Shown one piece after another: positions 50,785-64,000 of a stretch of 64,000 nt of DNA. The notes under the pieces were generated by a model, which was given only the letters and a program-made list of their open reading frames with translations, was not told the DNA's origin and searched no databases. Each line of letters opens with the position of its first letter. The first letter of the stretch is position 1. Both the position numbers and the translations under genes were made by a program. The DNA is from Octopus sinensis (taxonomy: Eukaryota), in the NCBI RefSeq assembly GCF_006345805.1, contig NC_043005.1, positions 49,228,001-49,292,000 of the forward strand. The letters are read 5' to 3'.

Positions 50785-51179
50785 TGCATTCGTTTATTTT
50801 TCTGAGTCGTGATATTTCATTATTCAGGTTTGTAATTTTGATTTCTATTTTTCGTTAATTGCAATCGTTGATGTTCTGCATGTTCAAAATCTTGCTCCCA
50901 CGTGTTAATGCCTTTTTTTCCAGCGTCATCGTTACCATGTGGTAAGTATTTGCATTTACCAATTTTTTTTTAATTTGCTTTGGATTGTTTAAATATTGAC
51001 TGCATATATTTAAATGTTCGTTTTACGCACACATTTTTTTTTCCTTTTGCTAAAATTTTTTCATATAAATTCCTACAAAGTTCACTACGCTAGTTTCCAC
51101 GTCAGATATAACTAAAAATGAACGATTAAGCGAAATGATAACCTGCACACTTTAGAACTCGATTAAATTAAAACTGATT

Positions 51180-52396
51180 TTTTTTTATTTTATGGAGAAA
51201 AAAAAATGCGAATTCTGAATCTATTCCAAGAAATCCGAACACATGAATTATTAAACCTACCCTTAAATGAACTTGTCCTGAATCTTTCAAAAAGCGATAC
51301 TGTTTGTGTGCAATTAAAAATAGTATTTGAAATTTTAGTTAACAGCAGTTATTTGCGTTTTAGCACGACGTATGCGTAGCCTTTTTGTTCGAATTCAGTT
51401 GTAGGACTGCAACCAAATAGTCTATAGTCGTGGCTTCCGGAAATCGAAGTAGCCACATGAAGGCGTCTTAGCTAAAATTGAACTGGACTTTGTCCAGCTC
51501 CACAAATCTGAACATGGCTAAATGTAGGATTAACACTTTTTTTTCATCCATTTTAAGGATGTTGCGATAACCTATCGATGAAATTTTTCCCGGAGTGCTA
51601 TTTGGTGTTAAGAAAAACTGGAAACAATGTAGGTTAAAAGTTAACGGATAATTGGGATATATATGAAAGAAAAAAACTATCGGCTTTGATAAATGTTCAC
51701 CATGTGGTGTGGACTTTGAACGGGAATGCCATTATTTTAATGAGTACAGAACACAGCAGCACATTTGGTCCTATATGGTTGAATCGCACTAATAATAACA
51801 ACCGTGTTTTACTTCTAGAAGGACGTCTTGCATCTAAGAGATCTCGTGACAATAGATACGAATTCGTGTGCAGATGTGGTAAAAAGCAAACGATATACTA
51901 AACAAGATGACAGGAGATTGTTTAGATAATTACTACCTTTAAAGCATGGACGTTGCATTGTAGGTGAATTGTTCTTCGAGGTAGCGTTTACTTTTCTTCT
52001 ACACTTCAAGAACTCGTGTGGTCGAAAACTTAAGAATCCGCTGAAAAAAAGTCGATTTTTGCGTGCCAGTGTACCTGTTATTAACCTTAGCTTTTCCAAA
52101 TTTAACATTCCTCGTGCCTTCAGAATAGTTTGTTACGATTAAGATTTTTTTTTCTCCTGTATTTTTTTAATTCTAGAATATTGCATATTTATCAAAGGGT
52201 TGCACGTGTCAAAAACACGTGATATTGAAGGAATTGTGTAAGAATTTGTTAGCGTCTCGTGCATCATTTTGCTGAGGCTTGATGGTGAATATAAATTGCG
52301 TGTCATGCTTCTAATTAACACCAGTGAGAGCAGTGCACATAACAAAAAAAGATGTCTGAGAATTGGTCCTTGCGACACCTGTCTATATTCGTGCAT
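51180..52396 (-). pseudogene. Possible decayed intronless ORF for a type II membrane protein (family not identified)
   Basis: 85-aa ORF with an N-terminal hydrophobic segment (ILRHLFLLCALLSLVLI), then an in-frame 97-aa ORF after two stops, and further stop-interrupted protein-like sequence; CpG-rich and non-repetitive. Confidence 0.3.
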
Positions 52397-52600
52397 GGGT
52401 ACTACTAGCGAACAGTGGTCCCGGTGCGCGCAGCCGCGCTAGCTAGTCGTAAGTAGTCGATCCTACGACTATCTAGCAAAATAAATAATTTTTTGCACCA
52501 AGTAAATTACAAAAACACAAAGTAAGGATTGACTGGTCATGATTAGCTGGCGCGACTGCACGTGTGCGTGCACCGAGACCACTGTTAGCTAGTTGTACCC
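52397..52600. mobile_element. GC-rich fold-back element / MITE
   Basis: gggtactactagcgaacagtggtcccggtgc versus gcaccgagaccactgttagctagttgtaccc; imperfect pairing continues inward. Confidence 0.65.
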
Positions 52601-52643
52601 GAGCATGTACACGTGTTAATCCAGACCGTTTTTAAAAGCTTTG

Positions 52644-53238
52644 GTATCTTTTCTGTTTGAATGTCAGTTTTTAACAATTTCTAGGTAACTAAAAAATTTT
52701 AAACTTCGTATACTGGTAGAATGTGTTTATAAAACATCTTTTTCTCTTGGCTTTGAGAAAATTCTATGGTTTGTAAGATATTTGGTCTTTAATTTCTTGC
52801 ATTTCGGCAATTTCAACCAATCAATGACCGGCTATTGAGGTGATAATATTCTGTGCCGTATGAATATGTCCTTCGTTTAAGAAGCAGATTGGGTTTATTT
52901 ACATTTGTGAAGAAAAAAAAATACCCTCCCCCCCTAACCCTAAAACAGATTGAAATGCAATAGATCGATACTAGTGTCATATGAAATTCACCCATAATTA
53001 TGACCCTAGAATCGATTTATTGCATTTCAATCTATTTTAGATTTAGGGTTAGTTAGGGGTGGTGGATTGGCTGAAATTGAAGAAATTAAAGATCAAATAT
53101 CTTACAAACTATGGAATTTTCTCAATAAAGCCAAGAGAAAAAGATGTTTTATAAACACATTCTACCAGTATACGAAGTGTAAAAAATTTTAAGTTACCTA
53201 GAAATTGTTAAAAACTGCCGTTCAAACCGAAAAGATCC
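52644..53238. mobile_element. Merlin-like MITE (long TIRs, 8-bp TSD AAGCTTTG)
   Basis: TIR G(G/T)ATCTTTTC.GTTTGAA.G.CAGTTTTT; TSD at 52636-52643 and 53239-53246. Confidence 0.8.
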
Positions 53239-54606
53239 AAGCTTTGTGTGGTCAAGTGTGAAATGCTACTGACACTTTCCGTTGCCATTAACATATACAT
53301 ATGTACCAATGCAATGATGCTCATTTTGAAGAAAAAATGAATTTAGGAGTTTGATTTTAATGTCCGACCAGAGCTGTAGCCAAAGAAAGGCTAATAGTGA
53401 TAACCAGAGCGAGTTCATAAATAATTCCATGTTTTAACCTCTTAGTTTCAGTGAGAAAAGTTTTTGCTAACATTCCTTCTAAATTAGCTTACAAGACCCA
53501 TTGATAGAGGGAGTTATTGAGGCAAGTGTGATAGGATAAAGACAACTTGTAGATAAGGTGCATAAGCTATTTTAGTTGGACAAAACTGATGATATCCTGA
53601 CGACATCAAGTATGAGGATCGAAGATCAGGTAAGTTCGCATAAGTGGTGAACACTAGTTGGTTAGATGTAGAGAATATCGGATGGTGAATATCAGCATGG
53701 AGAAGGTTATAGGAATTAGGAGTGGGTCAGGAAGGTACAAAAAGGTGCTATCAAGATGACAGCAGTCCGACTAATGTAAACTACATAAGGGGTGGAGGTG
53801 ATGAGTAGCATTTTGATAAAGCTGTATAAGAAATGGGAATATGTGTAGGGAGGACGGATGCTGAGTGACATGCAAAAATGAAACGAGTATGTAGGAGTGG
53901 ATATAGAGGGGAACAAAGGGCCAATAGAAGATAGTGATCAAAAGTGGTAGTGGATAACCGAGTAACATGAGGTGGTTCAAAGGGGAGAAATTGGTAGCAT
54001 GGGATAGGGTGATGGACAAAATTAAGGGAAAGTTACAGATTTCTCATGGAGAATTAATGTACATGGAAATAAGTGAAAAATTCAAGTTAACAATGTCTCA
54101 AGGGAAATTTGTTAAAATTTGAAACAGTCACGAAGCTTTTATCATAGGTAATAGTCAAGCTGGTTTATGTAGATGTAAATACCTTGAATATCCACCATTG
54201 CAATTTATATTGCCATGGGAGAGAACTCATCAACTTTGAGAACTGGTAAAACGTATGTTAAAACATTTTGATGGAAGTGATATGATTAGCAAAATTACTA
54301 TATTTCAATTTGAAGGACACATTGGATACTTCTTATCCACTGTTACCACACCGTAACAGGATATAGGCCCACTTACCCTAAATGCTGCGGGAGAAGTCAT
54401 TGTCAAGCAGGTTGCTCAAGAGAAAGGGGCAAATGGGAATGTATGCTCATGGTTCATGAGTTGCAATTTTCTCATTTTAAGTAGCTGTTGAAAAGTTGAG
54501 ATGTCTCCCACAGTTGCTTTCAAGCTTAGCAGTGTGACAAATAAAAAGTACCAGACTTCCAAAATAAGCACCAAAGACCTGCCCAGTATTGTTGCAAAGA
54601 TAATTA

Positions 54607-55816
54607 TTGGGTTGTCCAGAAAGTTTATACTGATATATTGTAGCTTACCTTTTGACTTATTTTAGAACATGGTTGAGTCCATAAAATAGGATTTCACTAC
54701 ACCTCCATTTAGAGCACAGTTTAAACTATCTTTTCGTGGAAGAAGGTTTATGTTCCTATAGCCTGTGTTAATTCTGTAACCCTTTAAAATGAAAGATAAA
54801 GTTCATTTTTGGCACTTGATGCTTTTCTTTTTCCGTAAAGGAAAAAATGCCTCACAAGCAACCAAAGACATGTGCAGTTTACGGTGATGTTTCTTTATCC
54901 AAAAGAACTGTATGGAAGTGGTTCGCAAAGTTCTGAGCTGGAGATGGTAGCCTTATTGATAAAGAGTGATCAGGCAGACCATCCACTACAGATGATGACC
55001 AAATCAAGTCATTGAGAATAACCCACATTGCACAACCCAAGAATTGGCAGAAAGCCTCAACCTATTAAAATCTGTTGTTCATGAGCACCTGGTAAAGCTT
55101 GAGTACACAAATTACTCTGATGTTTGGGTACCACATGAGTTGAGTGAGAAGAACCTTTTGGATCGCATTTCCATCTGTGATTTGCTTTATAAACGGAATG
55201 AAAATGCGCCTTTTTTGTGACAGGTGATGAGAAATAGATTATCTGTCGAAATGTTCTGAGAAAGTGATCCTGGAGTAAGCGACATGAGCCACCCCAAAAG
55301 CTGGGCTTCACCCTAAAAATGTTTTGCTTTATGTCTGGTGGGATTGGAAAGGAATTCTGTACTATGAGCTTCTCCCAAGTATCTAGACAATTAATTCTGA
55401 GAAATACTGCACACAACTGGACGAGTTAAAAGCGGCAATTCAAGAGAAACGTCCTGAATTGGCCAACAGGAAGGGTGTTGTTTTCCAACAAGATAATGCA
55501 AGACTGCATGTTTCTTTGGGAACCAGACAAAAATTGCTCCATATTCACCAGATATTGCTCCTTCGATTTCCATTTAGGTCTCTGCAGAATAGTCTTGATG
55601 GTAAAGATTTCAATTCCTTGGATGACGTAAAAAGATACCTTGATGAATTCTTTGCCATGAAACCACCTCAATTCTGGGAAGAGGGTATTTTCAAGTTAAA
55701 GGAAAGATGGAGACGCATTGTGCAACAAAATGGTTCATATTTGGTTGATTAAAAATGTAATGGCAAGTATTTATTGACCTTTTTCCTTATCGGCACAAAC
55801 TTTCCAGACAACCCAA
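54607..55816 (+). mobile_element. Near full-length decayed mariner (1210 bp)
   Basis: TA|TTGGGTTGTCCAGAAAGTTT and AAACTTTCCAGACAACCCAA|TA TIRs; WVPHEL, TGDEK and VFQQDNAR motifs; multiple stops and frameshifts. Confidence 0.92.
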
Positions 55817-56832
55817 TACTTAAACAAATGTAGAATATATTGATCCAAAATTTTATATTGAGCAGTGTCTTCTCTTGTCTAGTACTTCAAGGAAACTATA
55901 CCTCGTTCAAGAACATACACCCGCCTGTCATTCTTCAGCTTATGCTCAATTGACATTCTTCAGCAATTTTTACTGAATCAGTAGTAGTGCTTCAGAAATA
56001 TCATGGCCAGCATATGATTTCATTATTAGGGTTTTTTGCAGGGGTGAGGGAACCCATTTCCAATGGTATTCAGCTATATGTTGTGCATAGTTTGTTAAAA
56101 AGCATTTAGCATAACTCTAGCCATTTTATTTATTGAGTCCTTTTCTACCATACCATTCCAAACTGCGGAATACTAGGAGTCTTTACAAACAATATAGTGA
56201 GTGTGTGTGCTTTACAATTCAATTTTGTATGATGTATAAATAGGCTGTTGCTTGTAGTCACACTACTATTTACACCTGTGTATAAATGAGATTAAATTTC
56301 CAGGGAGAATCTACATAAATATCGTTTGCAACATTGACAACTAGTGGTCAAAATGAAATTAGAAAGCCTTCAAGTCAGCCAAAAACTTCAGTTGCGAAAA
56401 ATTTGTAATGGTTAATGTTCTACAGCTGCATTGCTGAAATTTACATTCTATCATAAGTCAAAATTAAACAAAATTCTAAACAGATATATTCACAACTTCC
56501 ACCTTTAACAAAACCCTTGAAATATACTAGTCATGTTTCTTCTCTACAGCAAGACACCTGTCTGTCACTCTAGCATATTTTACCCTCTCATTACCTTGCA
56601 CAAATCCACTGCCATCAGTACTACTACCCATTTACTCTCTCTTACTTGTTTCAGTCATTTGACTGGCCATGCTGGAGCACCGCCTTTAGTCGAGCAAATC
56701 GACCCCAGGACTTATTTGTAAGCCTAGTAATTATTCTATCAGTCTCTTTTGTTGAACTGCTAACTTAACAGGGATGCAAGCACACCAGCATCGGTTGTCA
56801 AGCAATGTTTTTTTTGTGGGGGACAAACACAG

Positions 56833-56863
<31 letters not shown>

Positions 56864-58149
56864 CACATATACAATGGGCTTCTTTCAGTTTCTGTCTACC
56901 AAATCTGCTCACAAGGCTTTGGTTAGGCCGAGGCTATAGTAGAAGACACTTAGCAAAGGTTCCAGGCAGTGGGACTGAGCCTAGAAACATGTGGTTGGTA
57001 AGCAAGCTACTTACCACACAGCCACTCCTGCGTCTAGTTGAATCTTGTCTTGCAAGTAACTTGGTGACCTCGCTGATGCTAGATTAAAAGCATCATGTAA
57101 AGTGTTTGGTATTAATAAGGGCATCTAGCTGTAGAAACTATGTCACAGTTCTTTTGCTCACCAGCTCCTTCAAACTGTCCAATTCATGAGATGATGACAA
57201 TGAAGTCAGCATTGGCCAAATTTGGAAAATCTGTGACCACAAAAGAGATACAGTTAAAGGCTTGAGAATTCAAGTTGATAAATTGTTCTGGTTTATCCTA
57301 TTTTCAATAAACCGGTTTCTTTTCTTCCATCATCAAATCCTGATAAAATTTGAAGAAATTGTGCAAATTATAAATCCATCTTTATTTTGTATTGCTGTCT
57401 TTACAACATTCAAAAGATTATGGATAAACAACTAATATTATTCATATTTCCTGCAGTAATCACCACAAATCTATTTAGAAATAATTAGTGTGACACTCAT
57501 TGCTTTGCTGACTGCAAAATGTTAAAAATTTCAATGTAAAATGTTTGTTCATTTAAAATTCTATCTTTAATAATATATTCAATTTAAGTGCAAAGAGTCT
57601 GAAAGATTTTTCAAGTTATTTTACCTCTTATAAATTTCAAGAAAATATATTAACTTTCTCAGTGAAGATCTGATCTTTTAATATCTACTGAATTGTTAGC
57701 ATGCCTAGCAAAATGCATTGCATTATTTTATCCATCTTCATATTCTGAGCTCAAATTGTGCCTAGATTGATCTTATCTTTCAGGGTCAGAATAAGCATTG
57801 GAGGTCAAATGTAATACATGAAAATGAACATGAGAAAATGAATTAAGGTTATGATAACATGCATGATATCTGAAAATAAAAATATGACCAGATCATCTTG
57901 TCATTATCTAATCAACTTAACTTTCCACATCCAATCACACCCTAACTCTTAAGTCCTTGTGCAAAACTTTGCTCAGAACAGGTCAAGAGTTATTTTTTTT
58001 TTATACCAATCAACTGAAACTGCCCCTGGTTTTACAATACAAAATACTTGTTTTAAAGTGATCTAAATTTAAAACCTTATGTCAAAATTTCATATAAATT
58101 TATGCTCCAAACACTAGCTTAATTATGAGTCATTTGACTAAATACTGCA

Positions 58150-58720
58150 TTATTCTTAAAATTGATTGAAACAAAGGCAATATATTTTATAAAAGATATG
58201 GTGATGGAAGAGTTGGGCCTTCTTAATAGTGGCTTCACCCAAGTAATCCACCCACAGCTGTATTGGCAAAAGAAATACTATCTACAGCAGGTACAAGAAG
58301 TCACAAAGAGGGTAGCATTTAATCCCCTGTTGCAGCATCAAGAAAACCACCACCACCAAGACAGCAAAAGTGCTTTCGCGTATCACTTGACCTAAAAGCC
58401 CTGCTAACTCGATAAGGATCTCTTGTAATCTAACAGCATTCTCATATCTACCACTTGACAATCAGTTTTGATCTGTGAATAACACCTTTGTAGATAAGGC
58501 TTTCTCACGCTCAATAAACAACAACTCAAGCTCTCCTCTCTTAATCACCACATACATACAGATTAACTATGGTGATAAACCTCCAGTTGACGAATACGAT
58601 CAGTCCTAACAGTGTTTCTTCAATTACTCCCAACAAAATTTAAACCAAACTCTCTAGTCTTTCTTTGGAGACTTATCACAAGGAAACACGTGACTTTAAC
58701 TTATTCTCGTGACAACCAAT
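58150..58720 (+). mobile_element. Probable Penelope-like element relic (GIY-YIG region)
   Basis: Degenerate ...CIGK.K.YL..RVQE...HQDSKSAFAYHL-like translation. Confidence 0.4.
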
Positions 58721-58816
58721 CACAATGGCCCTATCATTCACTTTCAACATTTAAAAAAATGGTGAATACAGTTAAATAACCACCCCTTTCTATCGCACCA
58801 AATCTTTCTTTTCTAC

Positions 58817-59140
58817 TTATGAGAGCTCGAAATCTCTCGTGGAAGCGTCATCCAACCAAAGTACAAATATATGGGAAATTACCACCTGTATCATCTCTCG
58901 TGAAAGGTGGAAGAGTCCAGTTTGCTGGACATTGTTGTAGAGCTGAAAACGAGATAATTTCTCCTCTTCTCCTCTGGAAGCCATCTGCTCGCGATACCAG
59001 CGGGCGCACACTCTCCTACCCTGATGTAATCTCCAAGGATACAGGCATCCGGCAACAGGACCTCCGCTATGATTGACCGTGAGGTCCGGGGTAACATAGT
59101 AAATCCATTGTCTCGACCACGGTCGAACAATGATGATGAT
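58817..59140 (+). mobile_element. RTEX/Proto2-like LINE 3' end with (GAT)n tail
   Basis: NLSWKRHPTKVQIYGKLPPVS...RVQFAGHC.RAENEIISPLLLWKP. Confidence 0.7.
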
Positions 59141-59586
59141 TCCGTATTTGGAAAAAAACAACCTATCTAGACCTATAAAAGAAAACAAAAAAAACAATAG
59201 TCACTCGAAGTGTCTTTCATCATCGATCTGCTCAATTAGAGCTAACCTGAAGTTAAACAACAACAGTACATTTACTATAGACCGAAATTTACTGGGTATA
59301 ATCGTTCGAAACGTTCAGAGAAAAAGAAATCAACCTCCACCGCAAGCTTTCTTCCACTGACTGAAAAATAATTCTTTTGAAATGAGTTATTTCCCTTACA
59401 TAGTGAAACGTTTTCAACCTGAGTTGCTAGATTACGCTACTTATCAGGATTGTGTACTCAGTGGCCCAGCAACAAAATTTGCTAAGGTGGTGCAAACCCA
59501 GGTCCTAATTCTTTTAATGAAAAATGTGGATTTTTCCAATGTTAACATTAAAACAAATGCTGGTATAATAATTCTTATTATTCTGA

Positions 59587-60060
59587 GGGTCGGCTGAAAT
59601 GTTCATAATCTGAGCAAGACACTCTCAATGGAATGTGACCAAATGAAGTTCATTTTCTAACATAGTTCCTCTTACTGTCCACACACTTCCATTAGTAGCT
59701 GCAGTGCTTGGGTCGCACAGGTGAAGAAGCTTTTCTCTTGATCAAAATGGTCATCAACAACAGATGAGCTGTTCTCATCATAGTGATACTGGTGCTCAGC
59801 TGAGTGTTTTTCTATGTTGGGAAACAGATGATAACCAGAAGGAACCAAATTACTAACATAGGGAGGATGATCAACCAGTGCCAGTCACACACAGCAGCCA
59901 TTGAAACCAAGGACTTGTGTGCTGAAGCATTGTCCTAATGAAACAAGACCCCATTCATCAGTTTTTCTGGGTGTTTGGTCTTGATAGCCTTTCATAACTG
60001 CCTTAGGAAGTTGGTATTGAAATTTTCCATTGATGGTGTGATCATTTTGAAGATAGCCAA
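59587..60060 (-). mobile_element. Mariner 3' fragment
   Basis: Terminal gagggtcggctgaaatgttcata TIR-like sequence and a reverse-strand LLH(D)NA-type remnant. Confidence 0.55.
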
Positions 60061-60949
60061 TAAACACAATATTTTTTTGCATTAATGTTTAGTATATATA
60101 ATAATGTGAAGTATATTTTGCATATTAAAATGTTTAATTTTGGAAATGTATCAAGCAGAGCTAAAATAAGCAGTAAAAATACAAATTGCAAGTATTTCAA
60201 AATGTGGGACACCACAAGACAAAAACTAGCAAAAAAAAAAAGGAAGAAAATAGTGGTGCTTGTGTTCCAAAGGTACAATGAGAAAGATAGAGAGATGGGC
60301 TAGAGGGAAGGAAGTTAGAAGGAAAGAAAAGAATGAAAAGTGAAAAGATAAATTGGGGATCTGAAATGAGTACTAGGCAGGAAATTGGCCCCTGTGCCGG
60401 TGGCATGTAAAAACAGCACTCACTACAATCTCAGAGTGGTTGGCGTTAGGAAGGGCATCCAGCTGCAGATCAGACTGGAGCCTGGTGCTGCCTCCTGGCT
60501 TCCCAGGCCCCAGTCGAACCATTCAACCTATTCTAGCATGGAAAATGGACATTAAACGATGATGTCTTACCTATGCACTGGTCAAGTAGAAAAACGATGA
60601 GTGACAAAAAATTGGATTGTCTTTTGGTACCAAAAAAGTGAAGAAAGAGAGTAGGGAAGAGCAAGTAGGAAGAAAGAGAGAGTGCGGAGAAATAAGGGAA
60701 TAAAGATAGACAGTAGGTAGTTGACAGAGATGGACAGAGGAAGAAATGGAATGCAGTAAAGAGAGAAAAGCAGCAGATAGATAGAGGGGAGAGGAGAAGG
60801 ACAGAGAAATAGATAGAAAAGAGAGACAGTCTTGCACCAAATATTGAACACTGAGTGGGAACAGAAGTGAGTGTGTGACATTACATTGACTAACAGACCT
60901 AAAATATTGCACAGAAAGTCAACAAACACACATATATAATGACAAAGGA

Positions 60950-61812
60950 AATTGTTGTATACAGTGCTCAGGTGCACTACAACTAAAAAGAAAAAAAATG
61001 GCCATCAAGTGTACTGTTGGCAGATTTCAGGACACATGGAAGTTTTGAAGTATGTAGTGTCTTGACAGCTAACAACTGATGCAGGTGGTTTATTCCATGC
61101 TTCTGCAATTCTGAGCATGAAAAATTGTTTCCGAAAGTCACGGGTGCTGTGTTGTTTTTTGGTTTTATAAGCATACCTGTGAGAGTTTGTCATATGGGTT
61201 TCAAAAAGGTACCCAAGGTTGTTGTTGGAAATTATGGTGGATAATCTTGTGGGTGTCAATCAAGTCAGTTGCCAGACGTCTGGGCTTCAATGTATCCATG
61301 CCCAGGAATGAAAGACGTTCAGAGCATGGTAGATGTCTAATGGTGGGTATTTGCTTTGTTGCACATTTCTGAACAGTTTCCAGGAGATTTATATGCTGAG
61401 AAAGAGAGGGGCTCCAGACTGGTGATGCAAATTCCAAGTGTGGACATACCATTGTTGTATACAATTTTAAATAGATAACTGGAGAGTGGCTGACAAAGGT
61501 CTTACTGAGTGATGCTAGCACCACCTCAGCCTTTTTGATAATCTTGGATATGTGGTTTGTCCAATGCAGATTGTTGTTTACAATAATACTCAGAACATGT
61601 CCACCAGAAGACTTCTTGAGATTGGTGTTGCTGAGGGATTATGTAAAAGCTGGATTTTTCCTCCCAAAATGCATGATGATGCACTTGCCCACAGATAGCT
61701 TGAGTTGCCAGTCAGAGGTCCACTGCTGCAGTGTATCCAGATCTGATTGCAGGATAGTATATGTTCTTTTTATTTCAAGGTACAGCTTGGTATCATCTGC
61801 ATATTTCAACTC
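60950..61812 (-). mobile_element. 5'-truncated CR1-clade LINE
   Basis: LKYADDTKLY (RT catalytic motif), QSDLDTLQQW...WQLKL...KC.IMHFG, LEFASPVWSP. Confidence 0.9.
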
Positions 61813-61814
61813 TA

Positions 61815-62075
61815 AACTTTCCAGGAAGTTTTCGACCAAATTTCCCGGAAGTTATAAAATCCCCGGAACTTTCCAGGAAGTTTTCGACCAAATATCCCGA
61901 AAGCTAGAAAATCCCCGGAACTTCTCAGGAAATTTTCAACCAAATTTCCCGGAAGTTAGAAAATCATCGGAACTTTCCAGGAAGTTTCGACCAAATTTCC
62001 AGGAAGTTAAAAATCCTCAGAACTTCCCAGGAAGTTTTCGACCAAATTTCCCGGAAGTTAGAAATTCCTCGGAAC
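61815..62075. repeat. Minisatellite: five copies of a ~52-bp unit built from ~17-bp palindromic subunits
   Basis: Unit aactttccaggaagttttcgaccaaatttcccggaagttataaaatccccgg. Confidence 0.95.
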
Positions 62076-63615
<1,540 letters not shown>

Positions 63616-64000
63616 ACTTAGAGAATGTGGGAGGTGAATGAGGTTAGGCGATAGTTAACTGCAACAGACTTCTTTCTCTTTTTTGAAGACCAGAATAACG
63701 GAGTGACTTAAGAACTATTTCGGTAAAAAGACTGCATGTAAAGAGCTACAATTTTCACAGAATTCTAGGGTTCTTTTGTACCCACTTTTAGAACTGAAGG
63801 TCAATTTTAAAATTAATATTTAATTTCCATTTATTTAGAAAACCAAGTTTTCATGATTTTCAGTAAGAAGTACTCTCCCTTGCACTGATGTGCTAGTCAA
63901 AGTCGTGGCTATTGATTTAAGTCTTCGTCAGACCTAATCTAGAATTCTAGCTATTAGCTTTTTATCTTTTACTTGTTTCACTCATTTGACTGTGGCCTTT

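Noticed and set aside
53586-53624. CTGATGA-tATCCT(loop)AGGATc-GAAG hammerhead-like motif
   Set aside because: Core altered (GAAG), first stem II pair broken, and no stems I/III could be built; at most a highly decayed relic.
59140-59400. Several minus-strand acceptor-like sites and an ATGATGA motif in a CpG-rich patch
   Set aside because: No consistent exon chain, ORF or D box could be assembled.
61815-62075. Palindromic repeats superficially resembling a CRISPR array
   Set aside because: Units are contiguous with no unique spacers, there are no cas genes, and the context is eukaryotic.

Overview
AT-rich, microsatellite-dense eukaryotic (animal) genomic DNA. The SINE, RTE-tail and Penelope repeat content suggests an octopod cephalopod, but that is inference only. 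Three protein-coding genes can be built from the sequence. (1) A six-coding-exon MFS transporter of the SLC16/monocarboxylate-transporter type on the minus strand (23674 to 8511, 683 aa by my exon model), with an unusual ~270-aa hydrophilic N-terminus. (2) A three-exon ABT1/ESF2 gene on the plus strand (40268-44607, 251 aa). (3) An intronless 25-codon ribosomal protein eL41/RPL41 gene (50289-50366), too short to appear in the ORF track. The rest is mostly transposon debris: tRNA-derived SINEs, RTE, CR1, R4/Dong and RTEX/Proto2-like LINE fragments, mariner, maT and hAT-Buster relics, Merlin-like MITEs with 8-bp TSDs, and a solo LTR. The main non-gene observations are: a recurring layout of outward-facing, inverted pairs of Penelope-like termini carrying hammerhead-ribozyme motifs (best case a 1.25-kb palindrome at 28785-30032); a 231-bp tandem unit with hairpins and a hammerhead-like core; a 59-bp perfect copy of the transporter's coding exon inside a SINE 2.9 kb away; and a 52-bp palindromic minisatellite rich in STAT-type TTC-N3-GAA sites. 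All coordinates and alignments were read by eye; no searches were run.
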